Below are positions 40,353-50,798 of a stretch of DNA of 64,000 bases, in pieces. The number at the start of each line of letters is the position of its first letter. Within the stretch, counting starts at the first letter, position 1. The stretch is from contig CAWHAE010000010.1 of assembly GCA_963827235.1 (NCBI GenBank), positions 672,001-736,000 of the forward strand. The letters are read 5' to 3'. The position numbers were made by a program, and so were the translations under genes. The DNA comes from an uncultured bacterium (GTDB lineage: Bacteria > Chloroflexota > UBA5177 > JANWHV01). The notes beneath the pieces are model-generated. The model was not told where the DNA came from and ran no database searches. It saw only the letters and a list, made by a program, of their open reading frames with translations.

Positions 40353-41201
40353 TCAGCAGCGGCCGGAGAGCACCTCCGTGCGGGGCGCCGCGGCGATCCT
40401 GGTATCGTTCAGCCAGTCGAGCAGTGCGGACGCTGTCAGGGCCTGGCTCAGGACATAGCCCTGCACAAGGTCACACCCCAGCGTGGCCAGGACGTTCCGG
40501 GTGTCTCGATCCTCAACGCCTTCGGCGACGACGCGCAGGCCCAAGCTATGGCCTAGACCGATCGTGGAGGCCACGATGATGGCGTCGGTAGAGTCCGCCG
40601 TCATGTCCCGTACAAAGCTTTGGTCGATCTTGAGCTCGCTGACGGGCAAGCGTTTGAGATAGGCAAGCGAGGAGTATCCAGTGCCGAAATCGTCGATAGC
40701 AAGCTCGATGCCCAGTGCAGCGAGCCGGTGGAGCACCGCGGCGGACCGAGCAGGGTCGTTCATGACGGCGCTCTCGGTCAGTTCGAGCCGCGGCAGGTCC
40801 GGCGGTACATGGTGCCGCGCAAGCAGGCCGGCGACGGTCTCCGGCAGCGAGGCATCGTGCAAGTTCCAGGCGGAGAGATTGACCGCCACGACGAGCGGGT
40901 GGCCGGCCGACTGCCAGGAGCGGCACTGCAACAGAGCGGTGTCCAGAACCTGTTGGGTCAGCATGCCAATGAAGCCGGTGCTCTCGGCCAGGGAGATGAA
41001 CTGGTCAGGGGCGACGAAGCCACGGCTTGGATGCTGCCAGCGCACCAGCGCTTCGACCGACGTGACCTCGCCGGTGTCGACATCGGCCTGCGGCTGGTAG
41101 TGGACGTCGAGACGATTCTGCTCGAGCGTCTGGCGGAGATCGGCCACGAGCGCAAGACGCTCGGGACTCGTGTTGTCCTCGGACGGCAGGTGGAAGCCCA
41201 C
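40353..41201 (-). pseudogene. Isolated EAL phosphodiesterase domain (upstream GGDEF apparently deleted)
   Basis: Linker SPERLALVADLR, then HYQP, VEALVRW, DDFGTGYSSL, AEGVE, QGY; no convincing start or RBS. Confidence 0.7.
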
Positions 41202-41255
41202 AGCCTGATGAGCACCGACGGGAAATCACTCCTGTTTTGGCGGACATTTGACTGG

Positions 41256-41285
41256 TTGACAGGCTACAGGTTCTCTTCGTAGACT
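41256..41285 (+). promoter_or_regulatory. Putative sigma70 promoter for the isomerase pair (TTGACA-18-TAGACT)
   Basis: TTGACA at 41256, TAGACT at 41280 in an AT-richer gap. Confidence 0.5.
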
Positions 41286-41453
41286 TCCCCCGACGTATGC
41301 CGAGCCGGGGTGGCGCGGATGACAGTCGACGATTCGCTCGTGCCGCAGTATCACTCGATCACGCTGTCCCTGTTTTGCAGCTGGAAGGAATCACACACTG
41401 TTGACCACCACAATGACCAATGAAGAAATACAGATCGTAAGGAGTTAGGGGAT

Positions 41454-42920
41454 ATGGCAATCGGCAGAGTTACGTCACCAGGTAAGGTGGGCGTCATGAT
41501 CGTGGGTCACAGAGAGTATTGGCCCCAGTTTCCTGGCCAGCGGGAAGAACAATGCAAGTCCGGGGAGACTTTCGAAGCTCTGCTGGAACGATGCGGCGCG
41601 GAGGTGATCCGGTATTATGCCGACGACGGCACTCAAATGCTCGACACCCCGGAGGAAGCATTCAGAGCGGGCATCTTCTTCAAGAAGAATGACATTGATC
41701 TCTGCTTTATCTACCTTCCCGGCTATGTCGCATCCGGGCGCTATCTGATCGGCGCGAAGCAGCTTTGCTGCCCGATTGTTCTGATCGGATATCAAGTTCA
41801 TACGGAGCTCGGGCAGACATCGGTTCACGAATCGACCTCCAAGGGCGGGCCGTGTTGCGTCACAGAAGCGTACAACGCGCTCCAGCGCTGCGGCATCGAG
41901 CCTGCCGATTTCATCTTCGGCCGCCTGTTAGGATCGTGGTACGCCAACAAGATGGAAAAGCAGGTAAACGAGTGGTGCCGCGTCGCGGATATTCTGCGCG
42001 CGTACAAGGGCGCGATTTTCGGTCAGATGGGGCATATCTACGAGGGTATGCTAGATATGAACTTCGACCCAACCACCTTCACGCGCACATTTGGAGTCCA
42101 TATACGCATGCTAGAGATGTGCGAGCTCGTTGAGTACGTAAAGGGGGCGACCCAAGCGGAGATCAAGGCGAAGGTGGATGAGATCAACGAGACATTCACT
42201 TTCCTGGATCCGTCGTACGATCCGACCACCGTTCCGGTTGAGCAGAAGGACGTCGACTGGGCCGCACAATGCGCCGTGGGTCTGGAAAAACTGGTCCGCA
42301 ACAACAACCTGTCTGGTATGGCCTACTATTATGAAGGCCGCGACAACTACTACGAGGCGGTCGCTTCCAACCTGATCATCGGTAACTCTCTGCTTGAATC
42401 CGAGGGAATCCCGCTGGCCGGGGAATCGGACATGAAGACCTGCATGTCCATGTACACCACGTCGTCACTCGGCGGCGGCGGCTCCTTTGCCGAATACGGC
42501 GTCGACCTGGAGGACGACGTCATGCTGGTCGGACACGACGGCCCGCATGATATCCGGATCAGCGACGGCAAGCCGACCATCCGTGGGCTTGGCCTGTATC
42601 ACGGCAAACGCGGTCACGGCATTTCGGTTGAATTCAGCCTGAAGACTGGCCCGATCACCATGCTCGGCCTGAGCAGCGATGTGCGCGGGCGCTTCAAGTT
42701 CATCAGCGCCGAGGCCGAGAGCCAGCGCGGTCCCATTCCGTTGATGGGCAACTCCCTTACCAGGGCCGCTCTGAACAGAGACGTGGGGCAGTTTGTGGTC
42801 GACTGGGCGAAAGCGGGCAACACACACCATCTCGGCCTCTCGATCGGGCACAACGCGGGAATCATCGAGAAGCTGTGCAAGACGCTGCCCTATCTCGATT
42901 ACGTCCATGTCACCAACTGA
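41454..42920 (+). CDS. L-arabinose/L-fucose isomerase family protein (paralog 1)
   Basis: EYWPQFPG, GH.YEGMLDM, AGESD, GGSFAE, GHDGPHD, THH; RBS aggag. Confidence 0.85.
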   Translation: MAIGRVTSPGKVGVMIVGHREYWPQFPGQREEQCKSGETFEALLERCGAEVIRYYADDGTQMLDTPEEAFRAGIFFKKNDIDLCFIYLPGYVASGRYLIGAKQLCCPIVLIGYQVHTELGQTSVHESTSKGGPCCVTEAYNALQRCGIEPADFIFGRLLGSWYANKMEKQVNEWCRVADILRAYKGAIFGQMGHIYEGMLDMNFDPTTFTRTFGVHIRMLEMCELVEYVKGATQAEIKAKVDEINETFTFLDPSYDPTTVPVEQKDVDWAAQCAVGLEKLVRNNNLSGMAYYYEGRDNYYEAVASNLIIGNSLLESEGIPLAGESDMKTCMSMYTTSSLGGGGSFAEYGVDLEDDVMLVGHDGPHDIRISDGKPTIRGLGLYHGKRGHGISVEFSLKTGPITMLGLSSDVRGRFKFISAEAESQRGPIPLMGNSLTRAALNRDVGQFVVDWAKAGNTHHLGLSIGHNAGIIEKLCKTLPYLDYVHVTN

Positions 42921-44364
42921 TCTCAGTCTCCCGGCACCATCGAGAAAAGCGACGATCGGCGTCATGGTATGCGGCCACAAGGAATACTGGCCGCAGTTCC
43001 CCGGCTTGAAGGAAGAGCTGCTGCTCAACGCTTCTGTATTCACGGGTTACGTGCAAGACAGCGGTGTCGGGCAGGTGATCAGCCGCTTTGTGGACACGGT
43101 CGAGGATGCGTATGCGTTCGGGGTCGAGCTGAAGACACGCGACGTGGATCTGCTTTTCATCTATCTGACCACGTACGTGGCGTCTGGCCGCTACATCCAG
43201 GGCGCTCTCCGTGCGGACTGTCCCGTCGTCCTCGTGGGCCTGCAGCGGCCGATTGACCTGTCACAGGAATTCACGCTACAGACAATGACCGGGGCCGGTT
43301 CGCCCTGCCAGATGCCGGAGGCCTACAGCGCGTTCGTGAGGTGCGGAAGGCCGGCCGTCGACATCATTTTCGGAGAGCTGTACCACGACGAACGCGTCAA
43401 GCGCAGGGTCAGGGAATGGTGCAGCGCGGCCAACGCGAAGAGCGCGTTCAGGGGCGCCATATTCGGCTACCTGGGGCACACGTACGAAGGCATGCTGGAC
43501 ATGAACTTCGACCCCACGACCGTGACATGGGCATTCGGCGCCCATGTTCGAATGTTGGAAATGTGCGAGCTGGTGACCTACATCGAACACGCCTCCGAGC
43601 CGGAGCTCGATCAGAAACTGCAGCAGATTCGCGCAACCTTCGATATCGTGGAGCAAAGCCCGGATCCGACGACCAAGCCAGTCGAGCAGGAGGATCTGGT
43701 CTGGGCGGCTAAGGTCTCGGTTGGCGTGGACAAGCTCGTGCTCGGCAACCGCCTTTCAGGGCTGGCTTACTACTACATGGGCGAGAACAACAGCATCTAC
43801 GAGCGTGCCGCCTCCAACCTGACAGTCGGGAATTCCCTGCTGATGGCAAACGGCATCTCCATGGCCGGTGAAGGCGATATGAAAACCTGCCTGGCAATGT
43901 ATCTGACGAGTGCGCTGGGATGCGGAGGCTCGTTTGCCGAGTTGTGCTCGGTCGATTTCGACGCGGATATCGTCATCGTCGGCCATGACGGGCCTCATGA
44001 TATCCGCATTGGGAACCGCAGACCGCAGATTCGGGGATTGAACCTGCTGCACGGCAAGAAGGGCTATGGCGTGTCGGTCGAATTCTCGATCCGCCACGGC
44101 GACATGACGATGGTCGGAATCGGATCGGACGACACCGGTACCTTTCGTATCATCGTCGCGGAAGGCGAAAGCCAGGCCGGATGGGTTCCGCCTATCGGCA
44201 ACACGCTGACGCGCGCCCATTTCGGTCCGAACGTGGCGGGATTTGTGGAGGACTGGTGCAGAGCGGGGCCCTGTCATCATATGTCCCTGTGCGTAGGCCA
44301 CTGCGGCGAGATGATCGACAAATTCGGCAAGCTGACGGGGATCGACGTGGTGCACGTCAGATAG
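42907..44364 (+). CDS. L-arabinose/L-fucose isomerase family protein (paralog 2)
   Basis: Same motifs (AGEGD, GGSFAE, GHDGPHD, CHH); start overlaps paralog 1 by 14 bp. Confidence 0.85.
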   Translation: MSPTDLSLPAPSRKATIGVMVCGHKEYWPQFPGLKEELLLNASVFTGYVQDSGVGQVISRFVDTVEDAYAFGVELKTRDVDLLFIYLTTYVASGRYIQGALRADCPVVLVGLQRPIDLSQEFTLQTMTGAGSPCQMPEAYSAFVRCGRPAVDIIFGELYHDERVKRRVREWCSAANAKSAFRGAIFGYLGHTYEGMLDMNFDPTTVTWAFGAHVRMLEMCELVTYIEHASEPELDQKLQQIRATFDIVEQSPDPTTKPVEQEDLVWAAKVSVGVDKLVLGNRLSGLAYYYMGENNSIYERAASNLTVGNSLLMANGISMAGEGDMKTCLAMYLTSALGCGGSFAELCSVDFDADIVIVGHDGPHDIRIGNRRPQIRGLNLLHGKKGYGVSVEFSIRHGDMTMVGIGSDDTGTFRIIVAEGESQAGWVPPIGNTLTRAHFGPNVAGFVEDWCRAGPCHHMSLCVGHCGEMIDKFGKLTGIDVVHVR

Positions 44365-44425
44365 GACTCGAAGAAGCGTAGCAGTTGTTCAGGCGGAACG
44401 ATCTCTTGGCTTCAGGGCATCTTTC

Positions 44426-44454
44426 GGTGCCGGAGACCGGGATCGAATCACCGG
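44426..44454 (-). other. tRNA-Leu-like 3' end fragment (possible att scar)
   Basis: Minus strand ccgg-tga-TTCGATC-CCGGT-CTCCGGC-ACC, i.e. T-loop, T-stem, acceptor strand and discriminator; no 5' half. Confidence 0.45.
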
Positions 44455-44707
44455 CTCGGGCATCCGAATGCCAGGTAGGACGGAGGCTCTGAGCCGCTTC
44501 CCGCAGAACAGGATGCGCAAGCCACTCGTGCGGTTGCCCCGCCACGGCGCAGGCACTACGGTACAGCGAGGAGGGACGTTCCGCTTGCAGACGGACGTGA
44601 AAGTGCCGGCATACCGGCGTGATGGCCGGCCCGCGGTGCCGCCGGCCCGCAGTCCGGCCTGCCGGCCAATGCCCAAGATCACGTGGAGTCGGCGGACACG
44701 GAGCAGA

Positions 44708-45804
44708 TGAGTCGCGCGCCAGATCGCCGGAAAGGTGAAGCCGACGCAGTATCCCGGTCGAACAGCATTGCCTTCGTGCGCTTTGTCCTGGCCTCCCTCG
44801 TGGTGCTGGGGCATTTCTTCGATCTCAACCACCTACCGGGCGAGCCGGTGTGCGTTTTCAGCCACGGGCAGACGTCTTTCGGCACGCTCGCCGTGGCGGG
44901 ATTCTTCGCGCTCAGCGGCTACCTGATCACGCGAAGCTATGCCCATGCCGCCTCGCCGTGGCGCTATCTCTGGCACCGTTTCCTGCGCATCATGCCCGGA
45001 TACTGGATCTGCCTGCTGGTCACAGGGCTGGTTCTTGGGCCCCTGGCGAACCTACTCGAGTACGGCACACTGGCAGGATACGTGGGACGTCAGGACTGGA
45101 CGGCGTGGACGTACATTCGCAGCAACGCTCTGCTCACCATCAACACGCACCGCATCGGCGACATCTTCGCCCGCAATCCCCTGGCCTACACGGTCAACGA
45201 TTCGCTCTGGACGCTCGAGGTGGAGTTTCGTTGCTATCTGGGCGTGATGCTGCTGGGAGCCTTCCGCTTCGCGCCGGGGGCGTCGCGATTGTTGCCCGCG
45301 GTGCCGCTCGGCCTGTGGCTCGCGTACGCTACCGGAGCAGAGCACCTGGGCCAGAGCTGGCTTCTTCCCCACTCTGCCTACGCCGGGCCGTACGCCTTCT
45401 TTGCTGCCGGCGCCTCGCTCTACGTCTACCGAGCGCGCCTGCGGCTGACCACCCCGGCTTTCTGGATCTGCGTGGTTGCCACGCTGTGTTGCCTGCACTA
45501 CGGCTTCATGCGGGCGGTATTGCCTCTGGGCTGGTCGTACCTAGTGCTCTACCTGGCGGAACGCTTGCCGTTCCACCGCTTCGACCGCTACGGCGATCTC
45601 TCGTACGGCATCTACATCTACGCGTTTCCCATCCAGCAGATTATCGCGGCGTCGGCCATCCGGCAGATTGGCCCCGCGGCGAGCCTGGCGGCGACGATCG
45701 TGCTCACCCTGCCGGCGGCGTTGCTGAGCTGGCACCTGGTCGAGAAACCCGCGCTGCGACTGAAGAATCTGCAGTTTCCCGCCCCGAGTGCCGAAAGCAC
45801 CTGA
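44708..45804 (+). CDS. Acyltransferase 3 (OafA/YrhL-like) membrane O-acyltransferase
   Basis: R..LA.LVV.GH, AVAGFFALSGYLI, RFLRI.PG, N.SLWTL..E..CY, DLSYGIYIYAFPIQQ, SWHLVEKP. Confidence 0.93.
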
Positions 45805-45839
45805 CGGCACGCCGCGAGTGGCTCGGCGTGCCGTCAGGT
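45799..45839. terminator. Bidirectional terminator-like hairpin
   Basis: acctgacggcacgccg / cggcgtgccgtcaggt 16-bp stem between convergent genes. Confidence 0.7.
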
Positions 45840-45858
45840 TGTGGGCCGCCATCCGAGC

Positions 45859-46932
45859 CTAGATGCCGGATCCGGTCGGGGACTCGCCAGAGGTCGAGCC
45901 GTGGCCGGGCTGACCGGGAACGCCGTAACCGCCTCCGGTCGCGCCACCTCCCCGGCTGCCATGGCCGGCGAAGCCGCCGCGCCCGGTCGGCATTACCGTG
46001 ATGCGCAGCGCAGTCATGGACTTGCCGTCCGCGCTCAGCGTGCCCTCCGCTACGATGTAAGTGCCCTTCGCTATCGTGGATGGCTTCACGGCGGTGCCGG
46101 CCGTGTCGAAGTAGGTCGTGCTCTCGGTCGTAGTTACCGTCTCGGTGCTGGTGCCCGAGCGGCTCGCGCTGGAGATAGTGATGGTGCTTCCGGACACCGC
46201 GGTCACCTGGCCGAGCAGGCGCGGCGTCTCGATGACCACGCGCAGCGCGCTGAGCGAGCCGTCGGCGGCCGTGGTGCCCTCGGCCTCGATCGCGGTGCCG
46301 GTGCTTATGTCGGACAGCGACGCGGCCTGACCCGCCCTCGTATAGGTCGTGCTGCCGCTCACCGTCACGGTGCGAGACGTGCTGTTGAAGCTACTCAGCG
46401 TGATCGTGCTGCCGCTTACCTTGGTTACCACGCCGAATTCCGTAGGCAGGATCACCTGGATGGCGGTTGCCGTGATCGCGGTCGGCGAGCTTCGCGTGCC
46501 CTGCACGGCAATGCGGTCGCCCTTGGCGATTTGACTCAGCGTGATGCCGGCTCCAGCGCGAGTGTACTTGGTGCTGCTCGTGACCGTGATGGTAACCGTT
46601 TGGCCGGCACGCGCCGTTGCCTTGATCGTGTCCCCGCTTATGCTGGAGACGGTCAGACCGCCGGCAAACCTCCCGGCCATAGCCATGCCGCCTCCGAACC
46701 GCCCGCCACCCATCGCCTGGGCGTTCGTGGCGGCAACGGCGTTGTCCGACGCGAGACTGGCCGCGACGCCAGCGCTGCCCGTCGCGCCCGCCGACGACGT
46801 CGCGCCGCCATGCACCGCAGCCAGGGCGCCGGCCACGAGGGTCACCGCCACGATGCCTGTAATGAGGCGCCGGCGCCGCGGGCGGCCGGCAGTCACCTGA
46901 TTCGCGGTCTCGAGTTGTTCCGATTGTGCCAT
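45859..46932 (-). CDS. Exported protein with three DUF5666 (OB-fold-like) repeats
   Basis: Three G.V..VSG.TIT....TVTV...T.Y....S.I..G..I..EGT....G...A..I units; N-terminal TM/signal. Confidence 0.85.
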   Translation of the reverse strand: MAQSEQLETANQVTAGRPRRRRLITGIVAVTLVAGALAAVHGGATSSAGATGSAGVAASLASDNAVAATNAQAMGGGRFGGGMAMAGRFAGGLTVSSISGDTIKATARAGQTVTITVTSSTKYTRAGAGITLSQIAKGDRIAVQGTRSSPTAITATAIQVILPTEFGVVTKVSGSTITLSSFNSTSRTVTVSGSTTYTRAGQAASLSDISTGTAIEAEGTTAADGSLSALRVVIETPRLLGQVTAVSGSTITISSASRSGTSTETVTTTESTTYFDTAGTAVKPSTIAKGTYIVAEGTLSADGKSMTALRITVMPTGRGGFAGHGSRGGGATGGGYGVPGQPGHGSTSGESPTGSGI

Positions 46933-47084
46933 TGCGAGCCTGCCTTTCAATGTGGCAGAAAAGATAGTTGACGTGTAATCAGCCGCTACACTTGAACCGT
47001 AACATCGCTCTATGACATCACAGTGACAGGCGCGTGAAGAAGTGTTAACCGGCCCCAACACCTTGACCCGAGCAGGCTAACGCG

Positions 47085-47120
47085 CGGGACCGGGAGCGGC
47101 AACTGCCGCTCCCGGTCCCG
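47085..47120 (-). terminator. Hairpin downstream of the GH26 gene
   Basis: cgggaccgggagcggc-aact-gccgctcccggtcccg perfect 16-bp stem. Confidence 0.7.
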
Positions 47121-47178
47121 AACAGAGTCATGATCCGGCTCCGGAAACCGTGGGGCTCCCCACTTTCAGGCGACGCGG

Positions 47179-48549
47179 TTAGCTCACGCTCCCCTGATAG
47201 AGTGGCGAGGTAACGACGTTACGGAATGCAGCCAGCGACGACGCCGACGAATTGACTCGCCAGTCGTAGTCCAGATTCCAATCGAACCAGACCACGGCTC
47301 GAATGCGCGGGAACGACTGCGGAATGGTGTTCAGCAAGCCCTGCGTGATCCAGTCTGCCTTGCTGCCGCCTTGCTCGACCGATGCCACCTCGGAGAGCAT
47401 CATCGGCCTGCTGCCCAGCGCACTAGCTTCCTGATACGAGGCCCCGAACACGGTCGCCAGCGACTGCCATATCTGTCCCGTATTGCTGCCTCGGTTGTAG
47501 CCGTCCAATGCCACCCAGTCGACGTACGAGTCCCCGGGATAGTCCTGCGCCATGGGCGTGAAGCCTGATGCCGAGGTATTGGCCGACCAGACCCAGCGCA
47601 CGTTGGTGGCGCCCACGCTGGTGAAGATGTCGTGCACGTGTCGCCACATGTTCACGTAGTCGGCCGGGCTGTTGCCGTTTGGGTTCCCGGCCCCCGTGCT
47701 CCAGGGAAACCATTTGCCGTTCATCTCGTGCGCGAAGCGCAACAGGAACGGGTGTCCCCAGGCCTGGGCGGCAACAGCGAACTGGCGGATGTAGCCGTCG
47801 AAGGCACCGCTTGCCACCGCTTTGTCCGTGTACGAGGGCTGGTAGGCTCCTTGAGTGTCGTCCTCGGGCATCCAGGTCCACATCGGCATGGTGCCGTTGG
47901 CCACGAGGTAGTTCATCATGGTCGGATCAAAGTTCGGCGAATGGACGAAATCCGATCCGACGTTGACGATGGCAGGCATTCTTCCGACCAAGCCCGCGTA
48001 CCAACCCAGCAGGCCGGATCCGGGATACACGGAGGTACCGTTGTCCTTGATCGTGGCACCCAGGGCGATACCGCCGCTCGTGGAGGCCGCCGTGCTGCCG
48101 AGCACGGCAAGCGATTGTACCGGCGTAACGGCATGCCAGACCCCGTCGGTCGTCTCGTAGCTGCCGAACAGAGTCCAGGTTCCGGCGGGATCGGCCGCCG
48201 TAAACGTGCGGCTCCGCTGCAACAGGACCGTCTGTCCGGCACCGACTGAGAGGCCCCAGATGCCTCCGAAGTCGGCATTGGCGCCACCGGGAGTCCGCGC
48301 GGCAATAACAATGCCGCTCAGGTTTATGGTACTGCTGCTTTGATTCTGCAGGGCGAGCGTCGCCGTCACCTGACCGCCAGGCGCGACCGTGCTCGTGGAG
48401 AGGGTAAGCGGTGAGCTGACTGCCACGGCCAGGGATTCCTGACTTGCGAAAGCGGCCGGCCCCGGCTTCGCCAGCAACACGACGACGTTGCAGGCGAGGA
48501 GCGCCGCCAGCACGAGACGCGCCGGGCCATGAAGTCCCAAGCTTGCCAT
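47179..48549 (-). CDS. Secreted GH26 glycoside hydrolase with N-terminal Ig-like domain
   Basis: LRFAHEMNG.WFPW (acid/base), YPGD.YVDWVALDGYN, LSE (nucleophile). Confidence 0.9.
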   Translation of the reverse strand: MASLGLHGPARLVLAALLACNVVVLLAKPGPAAFASQESLAVAVSSPLTLSTSTVAPGGQVTATLALQNQSSSTINLSGIVIAARTPGGANADFGGIWGLSVGAGQTVLLQRSRTFTAADPAGTWTLFGSYETTDGVWHAVTPVQSLAVLGSTAASTSGGIALGATIKDNGTSVYPGSGLLGWYAGLVGRMPAIVNVGSDFVHSPNFDPTMMNYLVANGTMPMWTWMPEDDTQGAYQPSYTDKAVASGAFDGYIRQFAVAAQAWGHPFLLRFAHEMNGKWFPWSTGAGNPNGNSPADYVNMWRHVHDIFTSVGATNVRWVWSANTSASGFTPMAQDYPGDSYVDWVALDGYNRGSNTGQIWQSLATVFGASYQEASALGSRPMMLSEVASVEQGGSKADWITQGLLNTIPQSFPRIRAVVWFDWNLDYDWRVNSSASSLAAFRNVVTSPLYQGSVS

Positions 48550-49568
48550 GTATGCTACCTTCCTCTAGGACATAGAGCGTGACCGCATGAACCTGGTGCC
48601 GCTGCGGCAGAGTCTACTCGGTTAGGAAAGGTCTCTTGCGGGATTCGCGGGATCTGATGCTGCACCGGCATCGTGCCGGACGCCACCGTGGCGCAAGTCG
48701 ATCGGCAGGCGAATCCAGGGTGCTGCAAGCGGAAAGCAACCTCACCAATGGGCGCGATCGCACCAACTCGCAGACCGCAGCCTTCGCCGCGGCCCACCGC
48801 GTTGCCGGTCGGCGGATCGGGACACGCTGGCCGGAGACGTGCCCCTCTCGTCATGTGCTGCACGACATCGGGCAGCCCTATCGGCAGGCGCCGCTCGTCT
48901 GCCACAAACGTTACCCACGGTAGCGGCCGAGACCGTACTCGTCAACCGGGATCGAGCCTGAGGCGCCCCTTCTTCCAAGCAATACACACTGATTTGACAG
49001 TGTATACGCAGTTTTGCCATGGTTCTACCTGGCGAACAGCGTGCTCATGCGTAGCTGCCGGAGAATGCCGCCTGTAGTCGCGCCAAGGCGGAACTCGCAG
49101 GGGCGGAGTGAACTCGGCGCTTGGCGGCACCCGCGGGCGGGTCCCCGTAGTCACCCCACGATGAATCGTGCAGCATCTGGTGGGAGCGCGGCCAGTCTAG
49201 TGCCCGGCGTGGCTTGCATTCAGGGCGAGCAATCTGAAGCCGGGGCAGAGGCTAGCTCAAGATTTGTCGCGACGCCAGACAGTCATTCGAAGCGGCGCGG
49301 GAAGCATACTCGAATGTGGCGCGTCGCCGGCGTCCACCGGGCCGGCAGGCGAGAGGGCTTTCCGGATGCCCCCGCGAGGTAGTCGTGTATCATCGACATC
49401 GGCTCGTCATGACGGCGGCGATGGGAACAAGCAATAACGCCGCGTCTACACCATGCCGCCACTGGGACGCGGTGCGCCCGTCTCAGCCGTCGCTCGCCGT
49501 ACCAACACGCCTGGTGATCAGCCCAGGGCAGGATACGGGGGAGCAGTTTGTCATGGAAGGGAAATCAC

Positions 49569-50375
49569 GTGGGCATCGGCAAGCAGATCCGCATCAACAG
49601 GATATTTGCTCACCAATCCGGGAGGCTGTGCTCGGTCGCGGTCGACCACTTTATCGGCTATGGCGAGGGCCTGCCGGCCGGGCTACGCCATATCAGGCAG
49701 ACGCTCGACGCCGTGCTGCAGGCGAGGCCCGACGCGGTGACGATGCATAAAGGCATTGCCCTCGCGCTGTGGTCCCCGTACGCGGGCACAGTGCCGCTCA
49801 TCCTGCAAACCTCTGCTGTCAGGGTCGACGACAGCGCCTGCGAGCAGATCGCCACCGCGGATGACGCCCTCCGGCTGGGGGCGGACGCGGTCGCCGTTGC
49901 CGCGTTCGTGCGCGGCGACACCGAGACGGCGCACCTGAGGATGGTGGCCGACGTCGTGCGTGCGGCGGAGCGCTTCGATCTGCCAGTGATCTGCCACATC
50001 TATCCGCGCACCTTTGCCGGCTCCCCTCAGGTGTCGTTCGAGCCCGAGGATGTCGCCTGGGCGACCCGTTGCGCCGTGGAGGTGGGTGCCGACGTCGTGA
50101 AGACGCCGTTCTGCGGCGACCCAGTGGCGCAAGCGCAGATTGCTTCCGACTGTCCAGTGCCGCTTGTAGCCGCCGGCGGACCGGCCGCGCCGACCCTCGA
50201 GGCTTCGCTCTCCATGATGGCCGGCGCAGTTCGCGGCGGTATGCGTGGCGCAACCATCGGTCGCAACATCTGGAACTCCCCGCAGGTAACGGCCACCGTG
50301 CGCGCGTTCAAAGCGGTGATTCACGATGGCATCGCGCCGCGAGCCGCGCTCGAAGAGCTTACATCCGCGCGCTGA
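49569..50375 (+). CDS. Class I aldolase, DhnA/LsrF family
   Basis: VAVDH, ALRLGADAV, HIYPR, EVGADVVKT, VAAGG, IGRNIW. Confidence 0.9.
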   Translation: MGIGKQIRINRIFAHQSGRLCSVAVDHFIGYGEGLPAGLRHIRQTLDAVLQARPDAVTMHKGIALALWSPYAGTVPLILQTSAVRVDDSACEQIATADDALRLGADAVAVAAFVRGDTETAHLRMVADVVRAAERFDLPVICHIYPRTFAGSPQVSFEPEDVAWATRCAVEVGADVVKTPFCGDPVAQAQIASDCPVPLVAAGGPAAPTLEASLSMMAGAVRGGMRGATIGRNIWNSPQVTATVRAFKAVIHDGIAPRAALEELTSAR

Positions 50376-50798
50376 CCTTGACCGGTGCGCCTGTACGCGG
50401 CCGAATTCAAGAGTACGGAGAGATCAAGATTCATCCGGCTTGACCTGTATGTTCGCGGTCCGCAGGGTGACCACTGCGTGGTGGATCGCTGGGCTCGAGC
50501 CACTCGGTGCGCTCCGACGCTGCAGCCTGGGAGGCTCACCACGTTGGCTGGATGCGGAGCTCGGTCCACGTCGCTGTCCAGGCGAGCACGGACAGACCTA
50601 CCGGATGACCCGGTGAGCAGATCAGCGTTTGCCAGTCAAGCTTTCAGGAGGCATCCTAACGTAGCGACGAATTGTATGCGACCCTGCTCGCACCGCGGCG
50701 TGTGTGCAACACATCCGTGGGCGCTTGCGCTCGAACAGCAGCTCCACGCAGGCGCGGTTGCGAGGTGAGTGGTTCCTGCCGAAAAGTGTGTCTCTCTC

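Noticed and set aside
48550-48980. c-di-AMP or other riboswitch upstream of GH26
   Set aside because: No conserved aptamer motifs found on reading the minus strand
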